A stretch of DNA of 64,000 nucleotides from Clostridium thermobutyricum (GTDB lineage Bacteria > Bacillota > Clostridia > Ch29). Shown here piece by piece: positions 1-9,075 of the stretch (position 1 is the stretch's first letter; every line of letters begins with the position of its first letter). The stretch is from positions 22,261 through 86,260 of the forward strand of contig JAENYD010000001.1 of the NCBI GenBank assembly GCA_016842005.1, read 5' to 3'. The notes below the pieces were generated by a model. The model saw only the letters and a list, made by a program, of their open reading frames with translations, ran no database searches and was not told the DNA's origin. A program made the position numbers and the translations under genes.

Positions 1-424
1 TATCCTTCTCCCCTTGGTCCAATTCTATCTCCTTGATTTCCTCAACAGTACACAAATCGGACGACCTTCCCAGTAGCAGTTGATAAGCAGGCCTCTTGAA
101 ACAGTCTTTCAGGTCAAGCCTGGTGGTATAGAGATAAAGAAGGGGATTGTACAGTATCTCCCTCTTCATTATATTGGTCTTGCTCACCTTGAGGTTTTCC
201 TGCAGTTCGTATACTGTTTCTATATCAACAGTCTTCGCCTGGCTGAAGAACAGAAACCCCACAGGCGTCCCTTCCGGCCGGGTTATCTCCCCCCGGGCAG
301 CAGAAATCAGCCCATATATTGTGGACAGAGGAGGTACGGGCAGTGTTGGCTGAAATCCGCTTATGAAGACCGGATACCTGAAAGAAGCGGTCCATCCCCT
401 GATTTTAACCCTTAGGCATTTCAT
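1..424 (-). CDS. cas5: Cas5 (type I-B, Cas5t/Cas5h-like), 3' part cut by window edge
   Basis: The gene runs off the left edge, so it is absent from the ORF track. My minus-strand translation from the ATG at 422-424 gives MKCLRVKIRGWTASFRYPVFISGFQPTLPVPPLSTIYGLISAARGEITRPEG..., the Cas5 N-terminal RAMP signature. It starts about 10 nt after the cas7 stop. Confidence 0.8.
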   Translation of the reverse strand, partial: MKCLRVKIRGWTASFRYPVFISGFQPTLPVPPLSTIYGLISAARGEITRPEGTPVGFLFFSQAKTVDIETVYELQENLKVSKTNIMKREILYNPLLYLYTTRLDLKDCFKRPAYQLLLGRSSDLCTVEEIKEIELDQGEKD

Positions 425-434
425 ATGACCACCC

Positions 435-1445
435 CTACAGACTTATTCCATTAATGAACTTCTCCACAATTTCATTTATGGTACCGGATATTATTTCATG
501 CCTGAATTTACCCTTCCCGTTCATATCAGCAATAAACTTCTCCATATCTTTTTCAATGTAATCCATAAATCCCTTTCTTTTCCCGATGTATATATCCCCG
601 GCAAATTCTTCGCCATAATCGTAAATAATCTCTTTAAGCACTTCAAAGTTTACCTCCGGGACACCATTGTTGTTTCTGGAAATATTCATGAATGGGTGAT
701 TGCCTCCGTTCAGTACACCCAGTACGAGGAACTTTGGAGTAACATCGGTGAGATGAAGTGTCTGCTTTGCCCCGCCGAACAGGTAAGGCAATACCGAAAT
801 AACATCCTTGACCCGTTTAATTCTGATATCCTCCGGCATTTCCACCACACCATCTATTTCTTCAGCCCCCACTGCTTCCCATTCCTCTTTCATATGTTCG
901 GTTATATTGAGATACCCTGTCCTGTTTTCTCTGGTAAATCTTCCAACCCTTTCAATGTCCAGTGAAAATGCACCCTGGAGCACCGTGGAATAAAACTGGT
1001 GTTCATAGGGAACAGGGTCCCCTTCCTGCCTTGCCATAACACCATAGTCGTCAACAGGCGCGGAAGGACATACAGATATCAGAGGCGAGCATTTCAGAGG
1101 CGATATTCTGGTGACGGTACCCCCTTCCTTTTTCCCCTGGGCCCTCATGTAACCAAAAACATCGTCATCATCATATTGAAAAGGATTGGCAGCCGTAAAT
1201 GCTATCTTACTCTGCCTTTCCACCGGCGAAATGCTCCACCCGCATCTCTCTTCAAGGGTGTCTCTCCACCAGTGCCGCAATGCCTGTGCTGATACATAGG
1301 GATAGGTCTCATAACCCCTCTCCCCTCTTTTTACTATCTTCTTTACAGCAACAATATTCTCGGTCCTGGCACCCACATCTGTGCCGGCATTATTGAGGGC
1401 CGAATGGGGTGCATCCACCATCATGAAACCAATTATATTTTTCAT
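435..1445 (-). CDS. cas7: Cas7 (Cst2/DevR family, type I-B backbone subunit)
   Basis: 336-aa ORF. The N-terminus (MMVDAPHSALNNAGTD...ENIVAVKKI) is typical of Cst2/DevR Cas7. It sits between cas8b and cas5 and overlaps the upstream gene by 4 nt. Confidence 0.85.
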   Translation of the reverse strand: MKNIIGFMMVDAPHSALNNAGTDVGARTENIVAVKKIVKRGERGYETYPYVSAQALRHWWRDTLEERCGWSISPVERQSKIAFTAANPFQYDDDDVFGYMRAQGKKEGGTVTRISPLKCSPLISVCPSAPVDDYGVMARQEGDPVPYEHQFYSTVLQGAFSLDIERVGRFTRENRTGYLNITEHMKEEWEAVGAEEIDGVVEMPEDIRIKRVKDVISVLPYLFGGAKQTLHLTDVTPKFLVLGVLNGGNHPFMNISRNNNGVPEVNFEVLKEIIYDYGEEFAGDIYIGKRKGFMDYIEKDMEKFIADMNGKGKFRHEIISGTINEIVEKFINGISL

Positions 1446-2776
1446 CCTATTGCCTCCTCCCCGTTTTTCTCATCATCCAGTTTGTTGTTTACAAGCCAGT
1501 CATGAAGTACTTCATAGATCCTGAAAAGCAGCAGGTCCTGTACTTCCTTCCAGTTGGCAATCTCCCCGTCATAAATCATCTCAACATATTCATCCAGGGT
1601 AAACAATGGTTCAGCTTCACCGTACTGCAGCCTGTCTCTGGCTATAAGTCTCAGGACATTTCTGAAGCTGTGATAATTCGAGACATTTTCCAGGTCCCTC
1701 AGCCTTCTTATGTGGTCCTTCTTCCTTATGAATCCTGCAATTTCGTCCCCCAATTCCTTAATAAGGCGAATCCTCTTTTCATCCATTCCCATCACCTCTT
1801 TCAGGTAAAGTTCAAGGATATTCCACGTCCCGTATATATTCCTTTCTTTGTCGGTGAAATATCCCAGTATGCTTCTGTTCATCAACATGTTGTTGTAGAC
1901 CTGGTTGTTATACTTTTTGAAGTGTTCCTCCCCTATCTCCTCTTTTCTGTTGAACCCTCTCCCTACCACTTCAAACCATTTTGCATATTCTCCGCTCTGT
2001 TTCAGAAATACCATGAATCTGAACACGGGAACGGGGAGGTCGTATATCTCAATATCCGGGGCCTGATTATAACTTGTAAAATTATATATTCTTATAGTTA
2101 TATCTTCTCCTGTGAACTCTTCTACTTGATGAGCCAGTATCAGGTCTCCTGCTATATGAAAGAGAGTATTGCGAGGGTTTGAATATCCATCATCGATACC
2201 TTTGGTATACTGCTTTGAAAGTCGCTGGGTGTTAACCCTTGAATGGCATTCACGGGCCCACCTGCGCATAACCTTCTTGCTATGGCAGCTTACCAGGGCT
2301 ACCTTGTCCCCGCATGTATACAGCACCAAGGGCAGGAACTGTACTGCCAGCGTACACACAGGACAGTAATCAGCCCCTTCCGCCGCATAGGAAAAGAAAT
2401 TCCGGAGTTTGCCCGAGCCGGTAAGAGGCACATCCTTTCTTTTGGCTGGTCCCACAACACCCCGTTTACCGCATGCTATACATGACCGGTCATCAGAAAC
2501 CTCATCTATCGAATTAGCCAAACCGTGCAGATAATTCAGATACTTTTCCTTTTCCTGCCCTTTGTGGGAGGGGTTAATTATATCGTTATTTGCGAATACA
2601 TAGTATATAAGTTTTTTCCACATCTCTGTAGTATAAAGGTCTGTTATCTCCTCAAAAACGTCATTCAGATCCTCTGTGTCAATTTCACCGGGTTCCTTCA
2701 CCTTCAGCCATTCCATCAACCCCCATAACCCTCCGTCCACAAAGGGGTTGCCGGTAAAGCCGAACACGTTTTTCAT
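1442..2776 (-). CDS. cas8b: Cas8b/Cst1-like large subunit (type I-B)
   Basis: It occupies the large-subunit slot between cas6 and cas7. It has paired CxxC motifs (CIACGKRG ... CPVCTLAV) as in Cst1. I moved the start to the ATG at 2776 (MKNVFGFTGNPF...), which has GGAGGAGGTG just upstream. The track ORF extends to 2800. Confidence 0.7.
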   Translation of the reverse strand: MKNVFGFTGNPFVDGGLWGLMEWLKVKEPGEIDTEDLNDVFEEITDLYTTEMWKKLIYYVFANNDIINPSHKGQEKEKYLNYLHGLANSIDEVSDDRSCIACGKRGVVGPAKRKDVPLTGSGKLRNFFSYAAEGADYCPVCTLAVQFLPLVLYTCGDKVALVSCHSKKVMRRWARECHSRVNTQRLSKQYTKGIDDGYSNPRNTLFHIAGDLILAHQVEEFTGEDITIRIYNFTSYNQAPDIEIYDLPVPVFRFMVFLKQSGEYAKWFEVVGRGFNRKEEIGEEHFKKYNNQVYNNMLMNRSILGYFTDKERNIYGTWNILELYLKEVMGMDEKRIRLIKELGDEIAGFIRKKDHIRRLRDLENVSNYHSFRNVLRLIARDRLQYGEAEPLFTLDEYVEMIYDGEIANWKEVQDLLLFRIYEVLHDWLVNNKLDDEKNGEEAIG

Positions 2777-2780
2777 TCTC

Positions 2781-3542
2781 TCACCTCCTCCCCTTCTCAA
2801 GAATATAGCCCATACCTATGCTGTTGTTCTCTCCCAGTCCACAGTCAACGGCTATTTTCTTGACATCATCCGAGCACCTCATTGTGAAAGGCGCAACAAA
2901 TCCTTTCAGGGTGATATTCTTGAACCTTATAAGGTTGCCTTTGGGCCTCGACTTTATGTACTCCTTATCAAACTCAATGTCCATACTCATGTTTTCCGGC
3001 AGCCTGCCGTGCACCAGGAAGTACTTTTTTATCAGGTTATTCTTGATATTCTCTATGAATTTATCCTCGTGGATATACACAGTCCTTGGTTTTATCTCCC
3101 CATCCACCTCTTTCCCGGTGGTTACGACAATGGGGGATAAAGTCAGGAATTCGGTTTCATAGTCAAAGGAAGACTTGTCCTTCAGGTATACGTTCCTGAC
3201 AGTATACTCGTCCCTCCCTATCCTGACAGCTCCATTATTTATCAGGGAGTTCCCTATACACTCAATGAACCTGTCAACGGGCGAATTGACATAAAGCCGG
3301 CATATGCCCGGTTTTATCACCATAAACCTGCCTTCTATGCCGTAGCTCGCAGGCATGAACCGGGAGAAAACGAACAGCTTGAACTTCTTGGTCCCAAGGC
3401 TGTAACCTTCTTTGTGGAGCATCGCAGAAAAGTCCTCGTCATGCTGGGAAAGCAGGTTGTATATGAGCGAAGTGAAGTAATGGTTGTAATTCAAATCAAG
3501 ACGTTTTTCCCCTTCAGCAATAAGTTCAATTTCAAGCCTCAT
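2781..3542 (-). CDS. cas6: Cas6 endoribonuclease (type I-B module)
   Basis: 253 aa. It has a RAMP fold pattern and the C-terminal glycine-rich loop GLGENNSIGMGY. It is the first gene of the I-B block. Confidence 0.85.
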   Translation of the reverse strand: MRLEIELIAEGEKRLDLNYNHYFTSLIYNLLSQHDEDFSAMLHKEGYSLGTKKFKLFVFSRFMPASYGIEGRFMVIKPGICRLYVNSPVDRFIECIGNSLINNGAVRIGRDEYTVRNVYLKDKSSFDYETEFLTLSPIVVTTGKEVDGEIKPRTVYIHEDKFIENIKNNLIKKYFLVHGRLPENMSMDIEFDKEYIKSRPKGNLIRFKNITLKGFVAPFTMRCSDDVKKIAVDCGLGENNSIGMGYILEKGRR

Positions 3543-3584
3543 ATCGTACCCCCTGAAAAAATATTTGAATCACGGAAAATCAGT

Positions 3585-5276
3585 CTATGGATACTCCCGA
3601 TAGACATGATTCAGTATTTCCCCGGAGTTTCTGAATTTGATTATTTCTTCTAAATTCTCGAATTCTCCGGACTTCATCTCAAAGATCCATATGATAAATT
3701 CTTTTATTACCTTTTTATATTCATCGGCTTTTTCAGCATCAACAACCCCCACGCTATGGGTTATGCTCGATTCGTTTCTTTTATATATAATTTCTGCTAA
3801 TTCCTCGCATAATGATTTATCAACAAACACCAACCTATTTCTGCATTCTCCTTTTTTCCATTCAAAGTTGTATCCATTCCTACCTTTAACCTTTCCCCCA
3901 TTTATTATTTTAACCCTGCTTTTGACACTCTGTAATTCACCATGTTTCTTTTCCCTTGAATAGTCACCATATATGAGTTCTACGATTTCCGTATCTTTTA
4001 TTCTACTGTTATTCTTTTTTGTTATATTTAAACAATCATGATTTTTTATCAGATAATAATATGTCAAAATCTCGATAATACTGCATAATCTTACTATATA
4101 ACCTTCGTTATCAGTATCCTTACGCCTGACAGCATTGCAATACCTGTCGATTGCGATAAACTTGAATACCTGCTCGATGTTTTCTTTATTATCAACAACA
4201 TCATAAAACAGCTTTTGAAGGATATATGAGGGATTTTCTTGCCCTATCAGGCTGAAACTCTGCCCGATTTGCTCTAGCAACGATTTTCCCCTTTTATCAG
4301 GACCGTGAACTGTGACAACGTCCTCAACTGACTTTGAAACCTCTGAATAATTATACTGGTCCCAGTAATTATAAATCTCTGCCCATTTTTTCAGTTTATT
4401 CAGTTCGTCAATTTCTTTCCCATAGTAGTCCTCACTGTATTGGCCCATCGCTCGAAGCTGTCTATCAATATCCTCTATTGCTATATCATATCTGTAGTTA
4501 TCAAAAAGCCCCTTTATCCTTTCCATATCCGTATACCGGTAGATTTTATTAGGATTTTGCAATTTGGCCATAAATTCGGTGCAGTACACGGGCTTCCTGT
4601 CGCCCGGATCATAACTGCCAAAATCCACATATACAATATCAACATCATCAAACAGAGAGGTACTGCTAAAAGCGCCACTCACCATAGTCTTCTTTCCACC
4701 GGTTATATCTACCATTATTTTCTTTTCTGGCTCTCTATTTTTAACCTGCTCAATGACATCCCTTATTACTTTAAATATTTCAGCAGGATCTGAAGAATCG
4801 CTCAATTCAAAGAACTGATCATTTTTTTCTGCCCTTATTATTCTTTCCTGCATCTCCTCATCAAAATATCCCAGGGCAGTCTTAATCTTTTTAATCATTA
4901 TTTCTGATTCTTCAGAGAATATAAAATATATATTACGTGGTCGCATAAACCCCAAGCTAAGTATTGTCGGGTCTTCAGAAAAACCTATCAGATAAATCCC
5001 AAAGTCGTACTCCCCTGCACGGACAACCTCGGATTCCTTACGGCTTCTGTTCATATATTCGTTAATATTGCTCAATACTTCCAGATGATCAGGTATTATA
5101 TGCTTATAAAATCTTTTACGCAAATTACCATTGCTATCACCCCAAAAATGATCTTCTTTCTTATCTTTCTCATTTTTCTTTCTGTAGTTCTTGCTTATCT
5201 CATCTATTTTCATGCCCCAGTTAGTTTCCACGCCAAACTCCCTGTCAAGCATCTCTCTTATCTCAGTACTGTTCAT
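3585..5276 (-). CDS. csm6: CARF-HEPN ancillary ribonuclease (Csm6/Csx1 family) with N-terminal extension
   Basis: 563 aa. A Rossmann-like CARF core ends in VDITGGKKTMVSGA. The C-terminal HEPN-like helices carry an R-x6-H motif (KRNESSITH). It is the last gene of the csm block and overlaps the csm5 stop by 4 nt. Confidence 0.7.
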   Translation of the reverse strand: MNSTEIREMLDREFGVETNWGMKIDEISKNYRKKNEKDKKEDHFWGDSNGNLRKRFYKHIIPDHLEVLSNINEYMNRSRKESEVVRAGEYDFGIYLIGFSEDPTILSLGFMRPRNIYFIFSEESEIMIKKIKTALGYFDEEMQERIIRAEKNDQFFELSDSSDPAEIFKVIRDVIEQVKNREPEKKIMVDITGGKKTMVSGAFSSTSLFDDVDIVYVDFGSYDPGDRKPVYCTEFMAKLQNPNKIYRYTDMERIKGLFDNYRYDIAIEDIDRQLRAMGQYSEDYYGKEIDELNKLKKWAEIYNYWDQYNYSEVSKSVEDVVTVHGPDKRGKSLLEQIGQSFSLIGQENPSYILQKLFYDVVDNKENIEQVFKFIAIDRYCNAVRRKDTDNEGYIVRLCSIIEILTYYYLIKNHDCLNITKKNNSRIKDTEIVELIYGDYSREKKHGELQSVKSRVKIINGGKVKGRNGYNFEWKKGECRNRLVFVDKSLCEELAEIIYKRNESSITHSVGVVDAEKADEYKKVIKEFIIWIFEMKSGEFENLEEIIKFRNSGEILNHVYREYP

Positions 5277-6679
5277 TCACTTACCACCTCTTTCAGAGAA
5301 ACCCATCCAAGGGGATATGCAATTCTTCCATTGTTGGAAATAAAACGCCTGGATTTTGGGGCTATGGCATTCCCTCTATTTTTCATATATAAATTTCTTA
5401 TTTGCCTTCTTTGGGTCATGTCCATATGCAGGGCTACTGTAGTCCCCAGCATTCCGGTTCCCCAGCCAAGCCTCAGGGTAGGAACAGCATCCTTATCATA
5501 CAGTCTTTTTATTGCCCCTAATCTGTTTCTAGCCAGATTATCATTCATAAAAGCTCTCATGTATATCTGCATTTCTTCCTGCCACTGGGCCTGCGCATAT
5601 TCTTCGCATATGGATATCAGTTCGTCAATACTGTTAAAAGGGATTTCATATCTGCCTCTGAATCTCCTGAGCATATCCCTGTCCAAAGTTATTGTTATCC
5701 GGGCAGAACCGACAAAACATTCATATTGTCTGTTTTCAACGCGTCTTAAGGAATTTCCGCTCCCGTAGGAATACAGGGATACATAGTAGTCTTCGAATAA
5801 AACTCCGGCTTTATCATTGCTCTTCTCAATCTTTTCAGCCGTCCAGCCATATTGGTCTTCTGAAATTTCATAAGCGACCATATCTCCCTGTTTTATCCCT
5901 TTGGACCTGAAATACAGAAATTGCCCACTTTTATCTTTAATGACTCCTTCTCCGTTTCCTGATGATACGGCGTAAACATATCCATTCGACTTTTCTCCTG
6001 TATGGAAATTGTGGATAATGGGAAGACTGTCCGAAATCTTTACTGCTTTAAAGAGGTCTCTGAAAGGAGCTTTAACCCTTCTGTTTACAAGATTATACCT
6101 TTGAAGAATTTCCTCCGTCATCTTTTTGCCTTGCTTGCTTTTAATAGAATTGGGAATTCTTTTTCCTTCTTTTCTTATTCTTTGTATCTCTTGTTTATAG
6201 TCATCTGTCTGTTTCAGAATATAATCATTAAGATTATACTTGTTCCTCACAATCATTTTCCATAGAACCGCTGACCTTATAGCTCCCTTTATGCTGCTTC
6301 CGGGAATATATGGCTCATTTAATCCCGTTCTAATAAATTCATTGCGATGATAAGATATAATAATCCCCTTCTGCATCATACGATAGATATTTGTATCCAG
6401 TTCAATACCGCTTTTATTTTTAAGGTCTTCCAGTACAGGAACCCTTTTATTGCTGATTTCATATGCCAGCATTTCAACATATGATTCCAATTTGTTTATA
6501 TCGTTTTTCCCGGCAATCTCTTTAAAGAGTTTCGCCGAATCTATCATGTACTTAACGCTTTCGATTTCCATAAGGACAATACCCCGGTTTTCACTTCCTC
6601 TTCCATCACTGATATGTACCGGTGTAATTGCCGACAATCGGTAGACCTTGGACTCTATGCTATCATTCAAAGTCATCAC
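5273..6679 (-). CDS. csm5: Csm5 (type III-A RAMP)
   Basis: Motifs seen: LSAITPVHISDG, PYIPGSSIKGAIRSA, and C-terminal PTLRLGWGTG / PKSRRF. Its position after csm4 fits. Confidence 0.85.
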   Translation of the reverse strand: MMTLNDSIESKVYRLSAITPVHISDGRGSENRGIVLMEIESVKYMIDSAKLFKEIAGKNDINKLESYVEMLAYEISNKRVPVLEDLKNKSGIELDTNIYRMMQKGIIISYHRNEFIRTGLNEPYIPGSSIKGAIRSAVLWKMIVRNKYNLNDYILKQTDDYKQEIQRIRKEGKRIPNSIKSKQGKKMTEEILQRYNLVNRRVKAPFRDLFKAVKISDSLPIIHNFHTGEKSNGYVYAVSSGNGEGVIKDKSGQFLYFRSKGIKQGDMVAYEISEDQYGWTAEKIEKSNDKAGVLFEDYYVSLYSYGSGNSLRRVENRQYECFVGSARITITLDRDMLRRFRGRYEIPFNSIDELISICEEYAQAQWQEEMQIYMRAFMNDNLARNRLGAIKRLYDKDAVPTLRLGWGTGMLGTTVALHMDMTQRRQIRNLYMKNRGNAIAPKSRRFISNNGRIAYPLGWVSLKEVVSE

Positions 6680-7712
6680 TCCAATACTTCATTATTGGTA
6701 GTGCGAATGAAAGACCGTACCTGTATACACGATGATATCCCTCAAAACTCTCAGGCGTTACATCCACCAGTACCCCCGGACGTCTTTCACGTATCACCGA
6801 ACCTTCAGCAAACATTAAACAGCTTTTTCTTTTAACCTGTACAGGTACAGACGCAGAATAGACCCACCCACTCCTGTTGACCAATCCATATGCTGGATAA
6901 TTTTGAGCCACGAGAGAATGGGTTGATCCAGGATGATAGAGGGACAGCAACAGGCTGTATTCCTGTTCAGGAAGTCCCAGTATTCTTTTCCAGTTTTCAT
7001 CCTGGTCTGCGTTCTGAATTTCGAATCCTCCAATACTTCCAAATCCGCTGCTTACTTTTCCTCCTAACCCTCTTTTTTTCATGGCTTCAAGGATAAACCT
7101 CAATGTATCCATATTAAAACTGGTACAGTCATTCTTAATCTGAATTAAAAAATATATTCCTGCACTCTTTTGAAAGTGGATAAGCCCTGTATGGAATATC
7201 ATAGCCTCCTCGCTTATTCTGTCTCTGGTATGCCGGGGTCGGATTTCCACAGAGTGAGTTTCGCCGAACTGCCTATTACTCTCTTCAAGTTCTTGTAAAA
7301 CGTACTTATCCCGTATCCAGTTATAACAGGTATCAAGTTTAATCAATCTTGCTTCCCTTACCCTTTTACCTCTTTCAAGCCTGTTCTCGGCACCATGCTG
7401 CTCATGATAAAAATCCGGAGGGTCAATCTTGGGTTTGGGTACGTAATACTCAAACCCCATCAGGTCAGAACCACTGTATATGTAACCCGATGTTATCCGG
7501 AAAGGAATTTCACCTTTATTGAAGTCTTCCAAGAGGCCTTCAATACTCTCTTTGTTCTGGCTTATCTCACTGTAGTTGTTTATTAATGCACTGAAAATTG
7601 TATCCGAGTGGATAATCTCCTGAACCGCCTCTTCGCCAATTCCCGGAATATCAGTTCCTATATGAAGCGGGCCGTCAAATTTTAGCCTTACAATATAAAC
7701 ATTGTCCAACAA
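6663..7712 (-). CDS. csm4: Csm4 (type III-A Cas5-like RAMP)
   Basis: Motifs seen: N-terminal FDGPLHIG...IHSDTIFSALI and C-terminal GLGGKVSSGFGS. The track start is a TTG directly abutting a GGGGGGAGG run, so the exact start is uncertain. Confidence 0.85.
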   Translation of the reverse strand: MLDNVYIVRLKFDGPLHIGTDIPGIGEEAVQEIIHSDTIFSALINNYSEISQNKESIEGLLEDFNKGEIPFRITSGYIYSGSDLMGFEYYVPKPKIDPPDFYHEQHGAENRLERGKRVREARLIKLDTCYNWIRDKYVLQELEESNRQFGETHSVEIRPRHTRDRISEEAMIFHTGLIHFQKSAGIYFLIQIKNDCTSFNMDTLRFILEAMKKRGLGGKVSSGFGSIGGFEIQNADQDENWKRILGLPEQEYSLLLSLYHPGSTHSLVAQNYPAYGLVNRSGWVYSASVPVQVKRKSCLMFAEGSVIRERRPGVLVDVTPESFEGYHRVYRYGLSFALPIMKYWSDDFE

Positions 7713-7734
7713 CCTCCCCCCTTTCTGTATAACT

Positions 7735-8559
7735 TTACATCTTCAAAGATGCTATGATTTTTTCAATCTCTTTTTTGCACTCACCTATGCTATGTCCGAC
7801 TTCGCCAAGGAACCCGCCATCAGAAGGTTGATTGCCTATATCATAGTATTTGAATTCTTTAACCGTGAATTTTACCCTGCCGTATCCTCTCGACACACTG
7901 CCTCCCAGACCGTCTTTCTCTATAATATCCAAAGAATCCAGTATATTGGTTAAATCATCTTTCAAAATAGTTTTGTCAAGTTTTTTGCCTTCTCCCCCTT
8001 TTCCAATACTCTCCACCTTGTAAATAAGCTGAAATTGGAACTCGGCGCCGGCAGGAACCCTTTCCATTGTCCGAGGCATTGCCGCAGAAGTCAACCGGTC
8101 AATGGTATTCTCCATCTTTATTTCCATTACGTATACACCATCACGGCAGATGTAATCTTTATTCTTCAGGTTACAGTCCCTGACAATCAGCCTGGCAGGA
8201 TGGTTTCTGCCTCCATTTCTCTCTCCGGTGGAACCGAAAACCCTGCACAGCGGACAACCTAAAGCCTCCTCCAGGTCACTGCATTCATGGCGCTTTAGTT
8301 TGTTCCCCTTGTTCTCTATTGTCCTTAATGCCTTCAAACCTTTTGCCTTTTCTACTATACTCCTCATCTTGCCTTTCAATGAACTGCCCGGTATATACGG
8401 TTCGCCCGTCAGAGGATGCCTTATTACCGGCTTATCAATATCCCCGATTTTGATAGTATCCATTGCGCCTGCTATGCTTATCCCCGACAGACATTCAATT
8501 ACTCCGCCTATGACCACATTCCCGTGTAATTTTTTTGTATCATACTCGCAATTACCCAT
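7735..8559 (-). CDS. csm3: Csm3 (type III-A Cas7-like backbone/RNase subunit)
   Basis: Motifs seen: PYIPGSSLKGKMRS and CPLCRVFGSTGE. I moved the start to the ATG at 8559 (MGNCEYDTKK...), which has GGAGGTG about 8 nt upstream. The track ORF extends to 8604. Confidence 0.9.
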   Translation of the reverse strand: MGNCEYDTKKLHGNVVIGGVIECLSGISIAGAMDTIKIGDIDKPVIRHPLTGEPYIPGSSLKGKMRSIVEKAKGLKALRTIENKGNKLKRHECSDLEEALGCPLCRVFGSTGERNGGRNHPARLIVRDCNLKNKDYICRDGVYVMEIKMENTIDRLTSAAMPRTMERVPAGAEFQFQLIYKVESIGKGGEGKKLDKTILKDDLTNILDSLDIIEKDGLGGSVSRGYGRVKFTVKEFKYYDIGNQPSDGGFLGEVGHSIGECKKEIEKIIASLKM

Positions 8560-8575
8560 GTATAACACCTCCACT

Positions 8576-8977
8576 TTAAGAATGATAAGCCAGAATGGCT
8601 TCAAAGAACCTCACAAAATAGTCAAGGTCCTTTTTTCTCTTAATATTCTTGCTGCTTAAAACTTCATCCATAAACTTTCTGAAATTCAATAATTCACCCT
8701 TTGCATTTTTCTCTACATTGGCTATATGAATTTTAAGAAATATAAGCTGTGCAACAATATCACTCTCAAGATTATCATCGCCCCTCTGGGCTGTAGTCCC
8801 ATATTCTATTCCTTTAATAGCGTTGAATAATCTCCTTAACTGATGATTTTTTAAGATATCCCTATTAAGTTCTTTGCCTAATTCCTCAGCAGCTTTTATC
8901 AAATCCTCCGGGTCCACAGTGGAAAAAGTATTGCTCTCTTTTTTTAGATGGTCTAATATCTTATCCCTATAGTTCAT
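8576..8977 (-). CDS. csm2: Csm2 (Cas11 small subunit, type III-A)
   Basis: Small helical protein in the slot between cas10 and csm3. I moved the start to the ATG at 8977 (MNYRDKILDHL...), preceded by GAAGGAGGGG. Confidence 0.7.
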   Translation of the reverse strand: MNYRDKILDHLKKESNTFSTVDPEDLIKAAEELGKELNRDILKNHQLRRLFNAIKGIEYGTTAQRGDDNLESDIVAQLIFLKIHIANVEKNAKGELLNFRKFMDEVLSSKNIKRKKDLDYFVRFFEAILAYHS

Positions 8978-9075
8978 GTATTCCCCTCCTTCAATAATCT
9001 GAACTGCAGGCACACACTATAAGTCGTGGCCTTGTCCTTAACATAAAGCCGTCCTTTCCGCTTATAAAACTTTCT

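Noticed and set aside
80-415. Plus-strand ORFs of 111 and 68 aa at the left edge
   Set aside because: They are antisense to a clear Cas5 reading frame that continues the cas operon, and their sequence has no recognisable family.
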